The translations under genes were made by a program, and so were the position numbers. Source: an uncultured Alphaproteobacteria bacterium (lineage in GTDB: Bacteria > Pseudomonadota > Alphaproteobacteria > JAJFIK01). From it: a stretch of 33,523 bases of DNA. The notes under the pieces are model-generated. The model saw only the letters and a program-made list of their open reading frames with translations, was not told where the DNA came from and did no database searches. Location of the stretch: NCBI GenBank assembly GCA_964449455.1, contig CAYUYV010000001.1, positions 15,015 through 48,537 of the forward strand, read 5' to 3'. How positions within the stretch are numbered: the stretch's first letter is position 1; the number at the start of each line of letters is the position of its first letter. Positions 1 to 9,304 of the stretch are shown piece by piece.

Positions 1-162
1 GCCAGCGTCCTGTTCCCCGATAGCCTGGCGCACCAGGGTTTCCAAGGTATCTTCCGTACCGACATCAGTGAGGCCTGGTTCAGGCAGTACCGTGATCAAA
101 AGTAGGACTATGCCGAAGCAGAGCCCGCTTCGCCGCTGAATCAGCGTTTTTACTGTCCACAT
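1..162 (-). CDS. flgA: 5' part of an exported protein, probably P-ring formation chaperone FlgA (truncated by window edge)
   Basis: ATG at 162, just after the flgG stop. The frame stays open to the edge and reads MWTVKTLIQRRSGLCFGIVLLLITVLPEPGLTD..., a basic plus hydrophobic signal-peptide-like N-terminus. The identity rests only on conserved flgF-flgG-flgA-flgH order. Confidence 0.55.
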   Translation of the reverse strand, partial: MWTVKTLIQRRSGLCFGIVLLLITVLPEPGLTDVGTEDTLETLVRQAIGEQDAG

Positions 163-166
163 CGGA

Positions 167-952
167 TTATCGCAGGTTGGATACGGTCGAGGACATCTGA
201 TCGCCGGTCTCGATGACCTTGGCATTCATTTCATAAGCACGCTGAACGGTAATGAGGTCCGTAATCTCTTCGACAATATTGACGTTCGCGGCTTCTACAT
301 AACCCTGCCGGACAGAGCCGAACCCAGCCTGACCTGGCGTCCCCGGGATCGGTTCGCCGGAGCCCTGGGTGGCCCGGTACAGATTATCCCCAATCGCTTC
401 AAGACCGGCTTCATTGATAAAGCGGATAGCCTGGATCTCACCGATCAGCCTTTGGTCCGTCTCACCACTGATTACAGCAAAGACCTCACCGGACCGATTG
501 ACCACGACATCTGTTGCAGCCTCAGGGATTACAATGCCAGGCTGGACCTGATAGCCATCCACAGTGACGATCAGCCCTTCCGGCGAGCGTTGAAACGTGC
601 CGGCCCTCGAGAATGCGGTCTCACCGCTGGGCAGTTCCACGGAAAAAAATCCTGGACCATCCATGGCAAGGTCAAGGGGATTGCTTGTGGCTGTCAGGGC
701 GCCTTGCGTGTTGATCCGGGCGACGGCCGATGGCTTGACACCCAGACCGATTTCCACACCAACCGGAACAATCGTTCCTGCATCAGAGGAAAACGTTCCT
801 TGGCGTCGCTCTGACTGATACATAAGGTCTGTAAACTCCGCCCGCCCTCTTTTGAAGGCCGTTGTGTTCGCATTGGCGATATTGTTTGCGATAACCTCTA
901 TGCTCATCTGTTGAGCCATCATCCCGGTTGCGGCAGTTTTCAAGACCTGCAT
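167..952 (-). CDS. flgG: Flagellar basal-body distal rod protein FlgG
   Basis: N-terminal IANNIANANTTAFK rod motif, FTDLMYQ, GLGVK, DLAMDGPGFF, C-terminal EAANVNIVEEITDLITVQRAYEMNAK; 261 aa. Confidence 0.97.
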   Translation of the reverse strand: MQVLKTAATGMMAQQMSIEVIANNIANANTTAFKRGRAEFTDLMYQSERRQGTFSSDAGTIVPVGVEIGLGVKPSAVARINTQGALTATSNPLDLAMDGPGFFSVELPSGETAFSRAGTFQRSPEGLIVTVDGYQVQPGIVIPEAATDVVVNRSGEVFAVISGETDQRLIGEIQAIRFINEAGLEAIGDNLYRATQGSGEPIPGTPGQAGFGSVRQGYVEAANVNIVEEITDLITVQRAYEMNAKVIETGDQMSSTVSNLR

Positions 953-997
953 CGGATATTATCCTCCTGATCATGATGGTTCTCGTTCGTGCGTTCT

Positions 998-1729
998 TCA
1001 GCTCGTGGCCCGGCCGAGACGATTGATGCTGTCTTTCTTGAGCTCATGGCCGTCCATAGCCGACCGGCTGGATTGCTCGTAAGCCCTGGCGAGCTCAATC
1101 ATTCTCGTCATTTCGACAATGGGCCGCACATTCGACCCTTCTAGAGCGCCTTGCACGAGCGAAGTTTCGAAGGCCGGTAGGGCGGTCACGCCGGTCGGTG
1201 CCTTGTACAGACTGTTCGCCTCCCGCTCGAGCACGGTCACATTCTCGAATTCATAGAGACCGATCCGACCAATGAGTTGACCATCCGCCGTAAGTGTACC
1301 ATCTCGCCCAATATCGATTTTCTCTGTTTCCGGCGGTAGGGGGATCGCTGCACCGCCGTCATCCAGAATGGGACTGCCATGGACATTGATTAAAAAACCA
1401 TCCGTAGAGAGAGAGAGTCGACCATCACGGGAGTAACGCACACCTCCATCTGGTGCCTCCACCTGCAGCCAACCTGGTCCGCGCAGGGCCACATCAAGGG
1501 GGCGTCCTGTCTGACTCATGGTGCCCGGCGTCACATCTGTGAAGGTGGCGCGGTCAATCACGAAGGAAACCGGATTGTCCCGATTGGCCTGGCTCAATGC
1601 TGTGTCGAACAAGGATCGTTCGGCGCGAAACGCCGTGGTGTTCATATTTGCCAGATTGTGGGCGATCACCTGCAACTCCCGTCTCAAGGCGACCTGCCCG
1701 GACAAACTGACATAAAGGGACGTATCCAT
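998..1729 (-). CDS. flgF: Flagellar basal-body rod protein FlgF
   Basis: IAHNLANMNTTAFR, TGRPLDVAL, LEGSNVRPIVEMTRMI; 243 aa; immediately upstream of flgG. Confidence 0.95.
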   Translation of the reverse strand: MDTSLYVSLSGQVALRRELQVIAHNLANMNTTAFRAERSLFDTALSQANRDNPVSFVIDRATFTDVTPGTMSQTGRPLDVALRGPGWLQVEAPDGGVRYSRDGRLSLSTDGFLINVHGSPILDDGGAAIPLPPETEKIDIGRDGTLTADGQLIGRIGLYEFENVTVLEREANSLYKAPTGVTALPAFETSLVQGALEGSNVRPIVEMTRMIELARAYEQSSRSAMDGHELKKDSINRLGRATS

Positions 1730-1765
1730 TCCTATGCCTTTTAAAATGGCGCGTGACAGCGCACC

Positions 1766-1785
1766 CCTTGAACCTGGTTTTAAGG
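1766..1785. promoter_or_regulatory. Candidate regulator box (imperfect palindrome CCTTGAA-N6-TTTAAGG; TTAA-N7-TTCA on minus strand)
   Basis: Lies in the flgF / motAB-operon divergent intergenic region. It is one mismatch from the CtrA box TTAA-N7-TTAA, and its core CTGGTTTTAAGG (1774-1785) recurs exactly at 10182-10193. Confidence 0.45.
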
Positions 1786-1851
1786 TAGGGGAGCTAGTTT
1801 AAGTCAGCGTTTCTTTTGGGAAGAAACAATATTTGGAGAATAAAGACAAAG

Positions 1852-3459
1852 ATGTGGCTGAATTTATGTCGAATTCTCTCTTTCGCGTCCCTTTTCGTCG
1901 TCCGTGCTCCGGTTTTACTGGCTCCGACCACGGCGTGGGCCGATCTGACGCCTGATCATAGCTGTCCGAGGGCTGCGGATCTCTTCGATGCTATGCTGGA
2001 TGCGGAAGACAACACAATCCCGTCCCTTCACGCCGTGCGGACGGCAACACTGCGGTCTATCTCAAAGCCGGATGGAAACTCCGATGCGCTTCCGGGGGAT
2101 TGGGATCCGGCGCTCGCTCTGGCCGCGTCTCATGTTGCATACGGACTCTTTCATGAGGCTCACGGATTGCGCAATGAAATTGGTGAGACATGCCGAAACG
2201 TGTCCTGGCTCCTAGGAGCATCATTGATTGCCACAGGGAGTAAAGCTGCCCTTGGGCGTCTGGAATCCGATGCCGCGGCTGGTGATCGGGCTGCGGCGCT
2301 CTGGCTCATTCTTGGAGCCTCGATCCACCAGAAGGTCGATCTGGATCGGTCCAGATTTGGAGCAGCAACAGCTCATCTTGAGTTTCTTCCCAAGCCCTTA
2401 CGGCTGGCCGGACGGCTGCATCTCGCATTCGCCGCGCTGGAGGCTGGCCAAACCACACTTGCCGAGCGGCTTGTCGAGCGGGAGATCGCAAGTGATACTG
2501 TCATTGTTCCGCTCACGGGTAGTTTTCCACCAATTGCGCTCAAATCCTTGGTGTTTGGAATATTGGCAGAAAAGGATGGGGCAATCGAGACGGCGGCCAC
2601 ACAGTATGAGAGTGCTATCGCAGGGGGGGGACGGCCGGGCATCGAGGCGGCGCTGCGCCTCCTCAATCTCCGATGGCAGGGAGATCCTGCTCTGTTGTCC
2701 CAAACCATCCGTGCTCTCGAAGATCTTCGATGGACTTGGCGGGGCGATCCGATCGAACGGCGCATCCTACTCACCCTGATCCGGGCCTATTCTCTTGGCG
2801 GCCATCCTTTGATCGCGGCAAGCCTCGCCAGTGGAATGGTGGATCGCTTTGCTCATGGTGATGGGAATACGCAAGGCCATGAGATCATTGAGGATATCAT
2901 CAGTGCAAAACTGAACCAGCCTGCGCGGTCAACGGTGGAAGCATTGTTGCGCTTTGAAGTCCTGGCGCGCTACGCCAGGCAAGTGCTCATAACTGATGGT
3001 GCGTCTGAAAGTATTATGCAGATGCTCCGCATGCTTTCTGAGCAGCATCACCTACCCATTGAGGTGCTCAGGCCTGATACCAGGGGTGAACCAATCCGAC
3101 TTCCCATGCTCGGTCTGAAGGGGCAAGCCGCCGCACGCCCCGTGGGCGTTGAAGCCACAGCATATCAGGCCCGTACATATGAGGCGGGCCCGGAGCATAC
3201 TGTCTCACCCCTGCTTGCTGCGCTCACACAGGCAAAGGGGGTGACGCCCGCCGATTATGGTCTGTCGGACGAGGAACAACAAATGATGAGTCTGCTCGAC
3301 CCATCGGTTTCCTCTATTGATCCTACGGCGGCGGACAGTCCGTTTGCGTATATTGATGAGACCCTTCAGGCAAGTGCAGATCTTCAAACTCTGGTGGATA
3401 CATATCTACTGACCTTTTTGAGGGACAGTGGCGGACAGGCGGAAGGAGCTAGCCAATGA
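1852..3459 (+). CDS. Exported, alpha-helical TPR-like flagellar motor-associated protein (MotK-like candidate)
   Basis: Signal-peptide-like N-terminus ending APTTAWA-D, Ala/Leu-rich helical segments and an LEDLRWTWRGDPIE motif. Its stop overlaps the motA start (ATGA 3456-3459). The ORF track starts at TTG 1816; ATG 1852 is preferred. Confidence 0.6.
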   Translation: MWLNLCRILSFASLFVVRAPVLLAPTTAWADLTPDHSCPRAADLFDAMLDAEDNTIPSLHAVRTATLRSISKPDGNSDALPGDWDPALALAASHVAYGLFHEAHGLRNEIGETCRNVSWLLGASLIATGSKAALGRLESDAAAGDRAAALWLILGASIHQKVDLDRSRFGAATAHLEFLPKPLRLAGRLHLAFAALEAGQTTLAERLVEREIASDTVIVPLTGSFPPIALKSLVFGILAEKDGAIETAATQYESAIAGGGRPGIEAALRLLNLRWQGDPALLSQTIRALEDLRWTWRGDPIERRILLTLIRAYSLGGHPLIAASLASGMVDRFAHGDGNTQGHEIIEDIISAKLNQPARSTVEALLRFEVLARYARQVLITDGASESIMQMLRMLSEQHHLPIEVLRPDTRGEPIRLPMLGLKGQAAARPVGVEATAYQARTYEAGPEHTVSPLLAALTQAKGVTPADYGLSDEEQQMMSLLDPSVSSIDPTAADSPFAYIDETLQASADLQTLVDTYLLTFLRDSGGQAEGASQ

Positions 3460-4340
3460 GACCAGCCTTTGGAATGGTCATCGTCATTTCAAGTATCCTC
3501 GGCGGTTATGCGGCTCTTGGAGGAAATCTTGGCGTATTGTGGAACCCCTTTGAGATCGTGATCATCTGCGGGTCCGCCATGGGTGCTTTCGTGATTGCCA
3601 ACCCGACAAAGCTCTTGAAGGACACAGCCCAGGGCATTGGGCAATTGGGCCGTGGACGCCGCTTCAAGAAGGCCGAGTATCTGGAACTGCTGTCTCTTCT
3701 TTTTGCCATTGTAAAGCAGGCCCGCACCCGCGGTCTGATGCAAATGGAAAAGGACATTGAAAAGCCATTCGAGAGCGCCCTTTTTGCGAACTATCCGACC
3801 GTACTGGCCCATAAAAAGGGTATTACATTCTTGACGGACTATCTGCGACTGATCTCTTTGGGGACGGAAAAGAGTTTTGAAATCGAAACATTGATGGATG
3901 AGGAGATTGATGTCATCACCCGGGATCGGACAAAGGCGCCCAAGGCCCTGAAAGCCCTCGGAGAAAGCCTCCCAGCTCTTGGAATTGTCGCTGCCGTTCT
4001 CGGTGTCATCAAGGCCATGTCAGCCCTCAATCAGCCTCCCGATATTCTTGGTGCCCTGATTGCTGGCGCCCTGGTCGGCACATTTTTGGGCGTTCTGCTT
4101 TCCTATGGGCTGGTGAGTCCGCTTGCCATGGCAATCCGTTCCGACCGGGAGGATGAGATGATGTATTTTCAATGCATCCGATCGGGATTGGGGGCCTATT
4201 TGCGAGGTGACCCACCACAAATCTGCGTGGAGTTTGCCAGAAAGGTCCTGCCCGAGAGCGCCCAGCCCGCATTCGATGAAGTTGAGGCCGCCATCAAGAC
4301 CACCATGTTGCCCAATCAGACAACCGCATCGGCCGCCTGA
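3456..4340 (+). CDS. motA: Flagellar stator protein MotA
   Basis: Four hydrophobic segments; EIVIICGSAMGAFVIANP, ARTRGLMQME (R90/E98 equivalents), DYLRLIS, LPALGIVAAVLGV, GALVGTFLGVLLSYG. Confidence 0.97.
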   Translation: MRPAFGMVIVISSILGGYAALGGNLGVLWNPFEIVIICGSAMGAFVIANPTKLLKDTAQGIGQLGRGRRFKKAEYLELLSLLFAIVKQARTRGLMQMEKDIEKPFESALFANYPTVLAHKKGITFLTDYLRLISLGTEKSFEIETLMDEEIDVITRDRTKAPKALKALGESLPALGIVAAVLGVIKAMSALNQPPDILGALIAGALVGTFLGVLLSYGLVSPLAMAIRSDREDEMMYFQCIRSGLGAYLRGDPPQICVEFARKVLPESAQPAFDEVEAAIKTTMLPNQTTASAA

Positions 4341-4373
4341 TGGCGCTGAATGCTTCTGACCTGGAGTGTGGAC

Positions 4374-5237
4374 ATGACGAAGCCAGAGAAACCAGTACTG
4401 GTCAGGCGCCGAAAGGTTATCCTTGATCCGCAGGATGAGGATGGCGGTGGCAGCTGGAAGATCGCTTATGCTGACTTTACCACCGCCATGATGGCGCTTT
4501 TTATCGTCCTGTGGCTGACCTCTATTACCTCAGAAGAACAGCGCGACAAACTCGCGGAGTTCTTCAACCCTATTTCGGTGTCGCGCTCCCATTCCGGCAG
4601 CGATGCAGTCCTCAATGGGCGGAGCATCGACTCCGAAGGCGGGCTTGATACCATTCCTCAAGAAACCACGAAAATGCGTGCCCAAGACGCTGAAAATCAC
4701 CCTCAGGACAAAGGGCAGCACCGGCTACCAGGTGACGCGCCATCCCCATGGGAGGTCGCGGATCAGCTCAATCAGTCCCTGAAAGCCGAAGTGTCCGTAC
4801 AAGACTTGCTTGACCAGGTTCAGATCACCACGAAAGGGGGGCGCCTTTCGGTCACCATTCTTGATTCTCCGTCCGTGTCCATGTTTCGAGTGGGAAGTGC
4901 ACAACTTGAACCGGATGCGGAAGCATTGATCCGAACCATCGGAATGACTCTCGCTTCAACACCGGGCCAAATCCGGATCGAAGGGCATACGGATGGGCGA
5001 ACCTTTCCTGCGAAGGCGCGTTACTCAAACTGGGAACTGTCCGGAGACCGGGCCAATGCGGCGCGCCGGACCCTGGAAGAGGCTGGCATCCCGGCGCATC
5101 GGATCGATCAAATTGAGGGGCACGCGGACCGGGCACTTCTGAAGCCCGAAGATCCTCTCCATGCCATGAACCGGCGCGTGGTGATCCAGTTGTTGGGAAC
5201 AAATCCGACTGCCAAACAGAGTTTGTTGCCACAATGA
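4374..5237 (+). CDS. motB: Flagellar stator protein MotB
   Basis: WKIAYADFTTAMMALFIVLWL with the ion-binding Asp; OmpA-like C-terminus IEGHTD, NWELSGDRA, NRRV. GGAG RBS precedes ATG 4374 (track start 4350). Confidence 0.96.
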   Translation: MTKPEKPVLVRRRKVILDPQDEDGGGSWKIAYADFTTAMMALFIVLWLTSITSEEQRDKLAEFFNPISVSRSHSGSDAVLNGRSIDSEGGLDTIPQETTKMRAQDAENHPQDKGQHRLPGDAPSPWEVADQLNQSLKAEVSVQDLLDQVQITTKGGRLSVTILDSPSVSMFRVGSAQLEPDAEALIRTIGMTLASTPGQIRIEGHTDGRTFPAKARYSNWELSGDRANAARRTLEEAGIPAHRIDQIEGHADRALLKPEDPLHAMNRRVVIQLLGTNPTAKQSLLPQ

Positions 5238-5336
5238 TGGTTCTCGCTTCATTTAGTCAAATGCCGGATTTTCTCCCGCTTTAATCCCTACCGGATAGAC
5301 TGTTTGTGTTGCCATGCGCATGATCAGGAGGACCAT

Positions 5337-6623
5337 ATGGCGATTTCGACGGCGCTCCAGGCCGGTGTCAGCGGGTTGCGCACCCAGGGCATGAAGCTTG
5401 CGACAATCTCGGACAATATCGCGAATTCGAACACGATCGGCTATAAGCGCCGCGATGTTCAGTTTGCCAATCTTGTCACAGGGCAAGGTGTGGGGACGAC
5501 CTACACGGCGGGCGGGACAACGGGACGCGTTCATACGGATGTTTCAGCGGAAGGGTCCCAGATTGCCTCGGATTCCGCCACGGATTTTGCCATAGCGGGA
5601 CAGGGTTTTTTCGTCGTTGGCAATGATAGTGAACCGGGGCCGAGCGGCAATCGTTTTGCGCTCACCAGGGCTGGATCCTTTAGTCCTGACGAAAACGGCA
5701 ATTTGCGGAATGCGAGCGGCTATTTCCTGCAAGGGTTTCCCTTGAGCCCTGATGGATCCTATACGAATGGAACACCATTCCTGGATGGTTTCGCATCCGT
5801 TGAAACAGTGAACATTGGAAACCTTTCATTCACGGGTGCGCCGACCACGCAGATTAGTTTTACTGGCAATCTGCCGTCACAGCAGACCGGCCTGGCCACA
5901 CCGCCCGCACCGCTCATTACCAGCATGGAATATTTCGACGAACTGGGTGGCTCAAGCCGCATCACTGCGGAGTGGCAGCCTGGGGCGATTGCCAATGAAT
6001 GGACTCTGTCTCTTTATAACGGAGCGGATACGTCAGCACCCCTTTTGGTCAGTGATACGGTGGAATTCAATGCGGGCGGGCCAAGTGCTGGGACACCATT
6101 GGCCTACGGAGCAGGGCTTGGTGTGACCGCGGATGGCACCATTGCCTTGCCCGTGAGCGCGACCCAAACCATAGACTTCTTTGTGGGAGCCGTTGGCACC
6201 TATGGCGGTGTGAGCCAATTCGATGGGGATTACACTCCGACGACAACCCGGAATGGTGCACGATCGGGCCAGCTCAGTGCACTGGAGATGCAAGAGAACG
6301 GAACACTGATCGCACTCTTTGACAATGGTGGGCAGCGTCCCGTCTGGCAGATTCCATTGGCGGATGTTGAGAATCCCAATGGCATGGCGGCCGACGACGG
6401 AAGCGCTTTCCGCCCGGACTCCGATAGTGGAGCGGTTCGTCTGCACACTGCCGGTGAGGGTCCAACCGGATCAATTATCGCCGGGGCTCTTGAAAATGCC
6501 GATGTGGACATCGCGACGGAATTGACGGATTTGATCCAGACCCAGAGGACGTTCTCCTCGAATGCGACCATTGTCCGGACGGCCGATGAAATGCTTGAGG
6601 AAGCCATCCGGCTCAAGCGTTGA
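5337..6623 (+). CDS. flgE: Flagellar hook protein FlgE
   Basis: ISDNIANSNTIGYKR, DFAIAGQGFF, TRAGSF, LENADVDIATELTDLIQTQR. AGGAGG RBS precedes ATG 5337. Confidence 0.96.
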   Translation: MAISTALQAGVSGLRTQGMKLATISDNIANSNTIGYKRRDVQFANLVTGQGVGTTYTAGGTTGRVHTDVSAEGSQIASDSATDFAIAGQGFFVVGNDSEPGPSGNRFALTRAGSFSPDENGNLRNASGYFLQGFPLSPDGSYTNGTPFLDGFASVETVNIGNLSFTGAPTTQISFTGNLPSQQTGLATPPAPLITSMEYFDELGGSSRITAEWQPGAIANEWTLSLYNGADTSAPLLVSDTVEFNAGGPSAGTPLAYGAGLGVTADGTIALPVSATQTIDFFVGAVGTYGGVSQFDGDYTPTTTRNGARSGQLSALEMQENGTLIALFDNGGQRPVWQIPLADVENPNGMAADDGSAFRPDSDSGAVRLHTAGEGPTGSIIAGALENADVDIATELTDLIQTQRTFSSNATIVRTADEMLEEAIRLKR

Positions 6624-6653
6624 TGTGATTTTCCGTGATGGGAGCGACGAGAG

Positions 6654-8132
6654 ATGGGACTGACGTCTGCCCTCCAATCTGCTGCTTCTGGCTTGACGGC
6701 CCAAGGCCAGCGTTCGGCGGCGGTGTCCGAGAATATCGCGAATGCATCCTCTCCGGGATATGTTCGTAAGGACACCATCTCCCGTTCGCTGGTCCTCAAC
6801 GGCTATGGGCAAGGCGTTGATGTGGAGCATGTAAGGGCCAAAGCGGGGGAGGGGCTGCTTCGGGATCTGCGTCAGGCTCTTTCCGACAAGGAAAGTGCTG
6901 GCGCCGAAGCCCAAGCGCTTGCCCGTCTGACAGCTGTTCATGGTAATCCTGATGAGGAACGCTCCATTGCCAGCAAAATACAGGCTTTGGAAGCTATGAT
7001 CCAGGGAGCGGCCGCGTCTCCATCCAGCCAAACGATGCTCCGCAGTGTTGTCGATGCTGCAAACTCGTTGGTTCAGACCTTTGCGTCCGTGTCTGATCAT
7101 CTTTCGGCGGAGCGGTCAGATGTCGAGACAAACATCGCTCAGCAGGTCGATATTCTCAATGGCAATCTCGACAAGATCACTGTCTTGAATGAGCGTATTT
7201 CCCGGATGGGCCATACAGGGCAGGATCCTTCTCCCCTGATCGATGAACGCGGACGATTGGTCGATGCGGTGGCCGAAGATATTCCCATTCGGACTTATGA
7301 GCGTGAGACGGGGGAAATCGTCATCATGACCAAAGGCGGGACAACGCTCCTGGACGGCGTTGCCGCTGACATTTCTTTCACCGCACTGCCGGTCCTGACG
7401 CCCGATCTGACCTATCCGTCATCATCTCCGCCCATGAGCGGGCTTTTGATTGATGGGGTCGATATTGCGCCTGTCAGTGGAGCGGCCGGCGCCTTGGACA
7501 GTGGCCGCATTGCAGGCTTGTTCGAGATACGCGATGGTGTTGTGCCGCGGTTTCAGGCTCAACTTGATTCCCTTGCCGCCCATCTTGCAGATGCATTCGA
7601 GGCAGCCGACCTGTCCGTGCCTGCCAATGGCGTTACGGGCCTGTTCATCGATTCTGCCGTCCCCGGAGCGGATGTCGATCCGACAACGGTCTCGCCTGGC
7701 CTGGCAGGGCGTCTCTTGGTCAATCCGCTCGTTGATCCATCCGCAGGGGGAGATGTAACCAAAATGCGGGACGGTATGCATGGGGTCGTCACGGCCACTG
7801 GTGATCCGACCCAGTTGATGGCGTTTCTGGATGCGTTTTCAACCCCCATGGCATTCGATACGACCTTGGGATTGGGGACAGATCTTTCCCTTGGGTCCTA
7901 TGCCGGAGCATTGATCGCGGGGCAGGAAACCATGCGTCTTGATCGGGAAGCGGCGTATGAAACAGCATCGATTGCTTACGGAACATTTGAAAGTGCAGTT
8001 TCCAATCGTACGGGTGTGAACCTGGACCTCCAATTAAAAACCCTACAGGACATCGAGACGGCCTATGGGGCGAATGCCCAGGTTCTTCAAGCCATCAATC
8101 GCATGTATGACACCCTGCTGACCATCGTTTGA
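6654..8132 (+). CDS. flgK: Hook-associated protein 1 FlgK
   Basis: AASGL...VSENIANASSPGYVRK, LIDER, SGRIAGLFEIRD, TGVNLD...AYGANAQVL; follows flgE. Confidence 0.94.
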   Translation: MGLTSALQSAASGLTAQGQRSAAVSENIANASSPGYVRKDTISRSLVLNGYGQGVDVEHVRAKAGEGLLRDLRQALSDKESAGAEAQALARLTAVHGNPDEERSIASKIQALEAMIQGAAASPSSQTMLRSVVDAANSLVQTFASVSDHLSAERSDVETNIAQQVDILNGNLDKITVLNERISRMGHTGQDPSPLIDERGRLVDAVAEDIPIRTYERETGEIVIMTKGGTTLLDGVAADISFTALPVLTPDLTYPSSSPPMSGLLIDGVDIAPVSGAAGALDSGRIAGLFEIRDGVVPRFQAQLDSLAAHLADAFEAADLSVPANGVTGLFIDSAVPGADVDPTTVSPGLAGRLLVNPLVDPSAGGDVTKMRDGMHGVVTATGDPTQLMAFLDAFSTPMAFDTTLGLGTDLSLGSYAGALIAGQETMRLDREAAYETASIAYGTFESAVSNRTGVNLDLQLKTLQDIETAYGANAQVLQAINRMYDTLLTIV

Positions 8133-8189
8133 CCGCAGGCGCAATTCCTTTGCGATGTCGTCGGTCGCCGAGCAATCCAAGGAGTGAGA

Positions 8190-9260
8190 ATGTCCGTCCC
8201 CCTGTCCACATTGTCCATGAACCAGCGGTTGGCGTCGCATATCACCAAGATCCAGACTAACCTTGCGACAAAGGGCGAAGAGATGGGGTCGGGGCGGCAC
8301 ACCGATCTTGCCGCATCGACTGGAGCGCGATTTGCTGACCTGATTGATATGAGGGCGGATTTTAACCGTCTAAACGCGCAGGCACTCGGTCTCGACGTGT
8401 TCGAAAGATCGGCCGATGCAAAACAATCAGTCATGGGTGAGTTGTCTTCCACCTTGCAGGATTTTTTGGGGTCCATGTCGCCGGCGGTCAGTGACTTGAA
8501 TGCCCTGAGCAGGGATCTGCCGACTCTCGCCCGTCAGGCCCTGGATCACATAACGGATCTTTTGAATACGCCAGACAAGGATGGATTTCTTTTTGCCGGA
8601 GTGGCTCGATCGAGCCGGCCCATGGTCGGACCGGCGGAAGGGCCGGCTCCAACGCCACGGGATTTTGTATCCGCCAATGCGCTTCCCAATCCTCCGTCTA
8701 CCCTGGCAGATGTAGCGGCGTTGACGGCGTCTTTTGACACAATGTTTGACGCCGTGTCCTTTGACGGCGTTTTCTATAACGGAGCACCAGGCGGGCCAGG
8801 GCAAGCCCGTTTGCAAATTCCAATTGGTGGGCAGACGTCTCTCGACCTCGGTCTGCAAGGGAACGATCCAGCGATCCGTGACATTCTCCAGGGCCTTTAT
8901 ATGCTCGCCGCTGTGGACGTGGGCAAGCTGCCCAATGAAATTGAGCCCCCCCTGACAGCCGATATGGATCGCAACTCGCCCTATTGGGCCTTCATGGCGG
9001 CGGCATTTGACAAGATTGCTGGCGGTGCGGAAGCCGTGAACGAAGCCCAAGCGGAGTTGGGCCGGGAACAGGCAACGGCCGAGGATCTGCGAACGGTCAT
9101 CACTTCAAAGAAGATATTGCTCAGCAGCTCCATCAACGACATCGAGCAGGTGGATCCGTTCGAGACACAGATCCGATTCGCCACCTTGCAGTCACAGCTT
9201 GAGCAGAGCTTCCAGGTCACCGCACGCCTCGCCAGCCTGTCGCTGAGCAACTATCTCTAG
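8190..9260 (+). CDS. flgL: Hook-associated protein 3 FlgL
   Basis: Flagellin-like termini: EMGSGR, LLNT..GFLFAG, VDPFETQIRFATLQSQLEQSFQVTARLASLSLSNYL. Follows flgK; GGAG RBS before ATG 8190. Confidence 0.92.
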   Translation: MSVPLSTLSMNQRLASHITKIQTNLATKGEEMGSGRHTDLAASTGARFADLIDMRADFNRLNAQALGLDVFERSADAKQSVMGELSSTLQDFLGSMSPAVSDLNALSRDLPTLARQALDHITDLLNTPDKDGFLFAGVARSSRPMVGPAEGPAPTPRDFVSANALPNPPSTLADVAALTASFDTMFDAVSFDGVFYNGAPGGPGQARLQIPIGGQTSLDLGLQGNDPAIRDILQGLYMLAAVDVGKLPNEIEPPLTADMDRNSPYWAFMAAAFDKIAGGAEAVNEAQAELGREQATAEDLRTVITSKKILLSSSINDIEQVDPFETQIRFATLQSQLEQSFQVTARLASLSLSNYL

Positions 9261-9304
9261 TCGCATCCATGCGACGGGCTGTTTAAGTGGTGAGCTGATG
9301 GGCG

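Noticed and set aside
8190-9260. Second flagellin
   Set aside because: Its position after flgK and the SLSNYL ending indicate FlgL.
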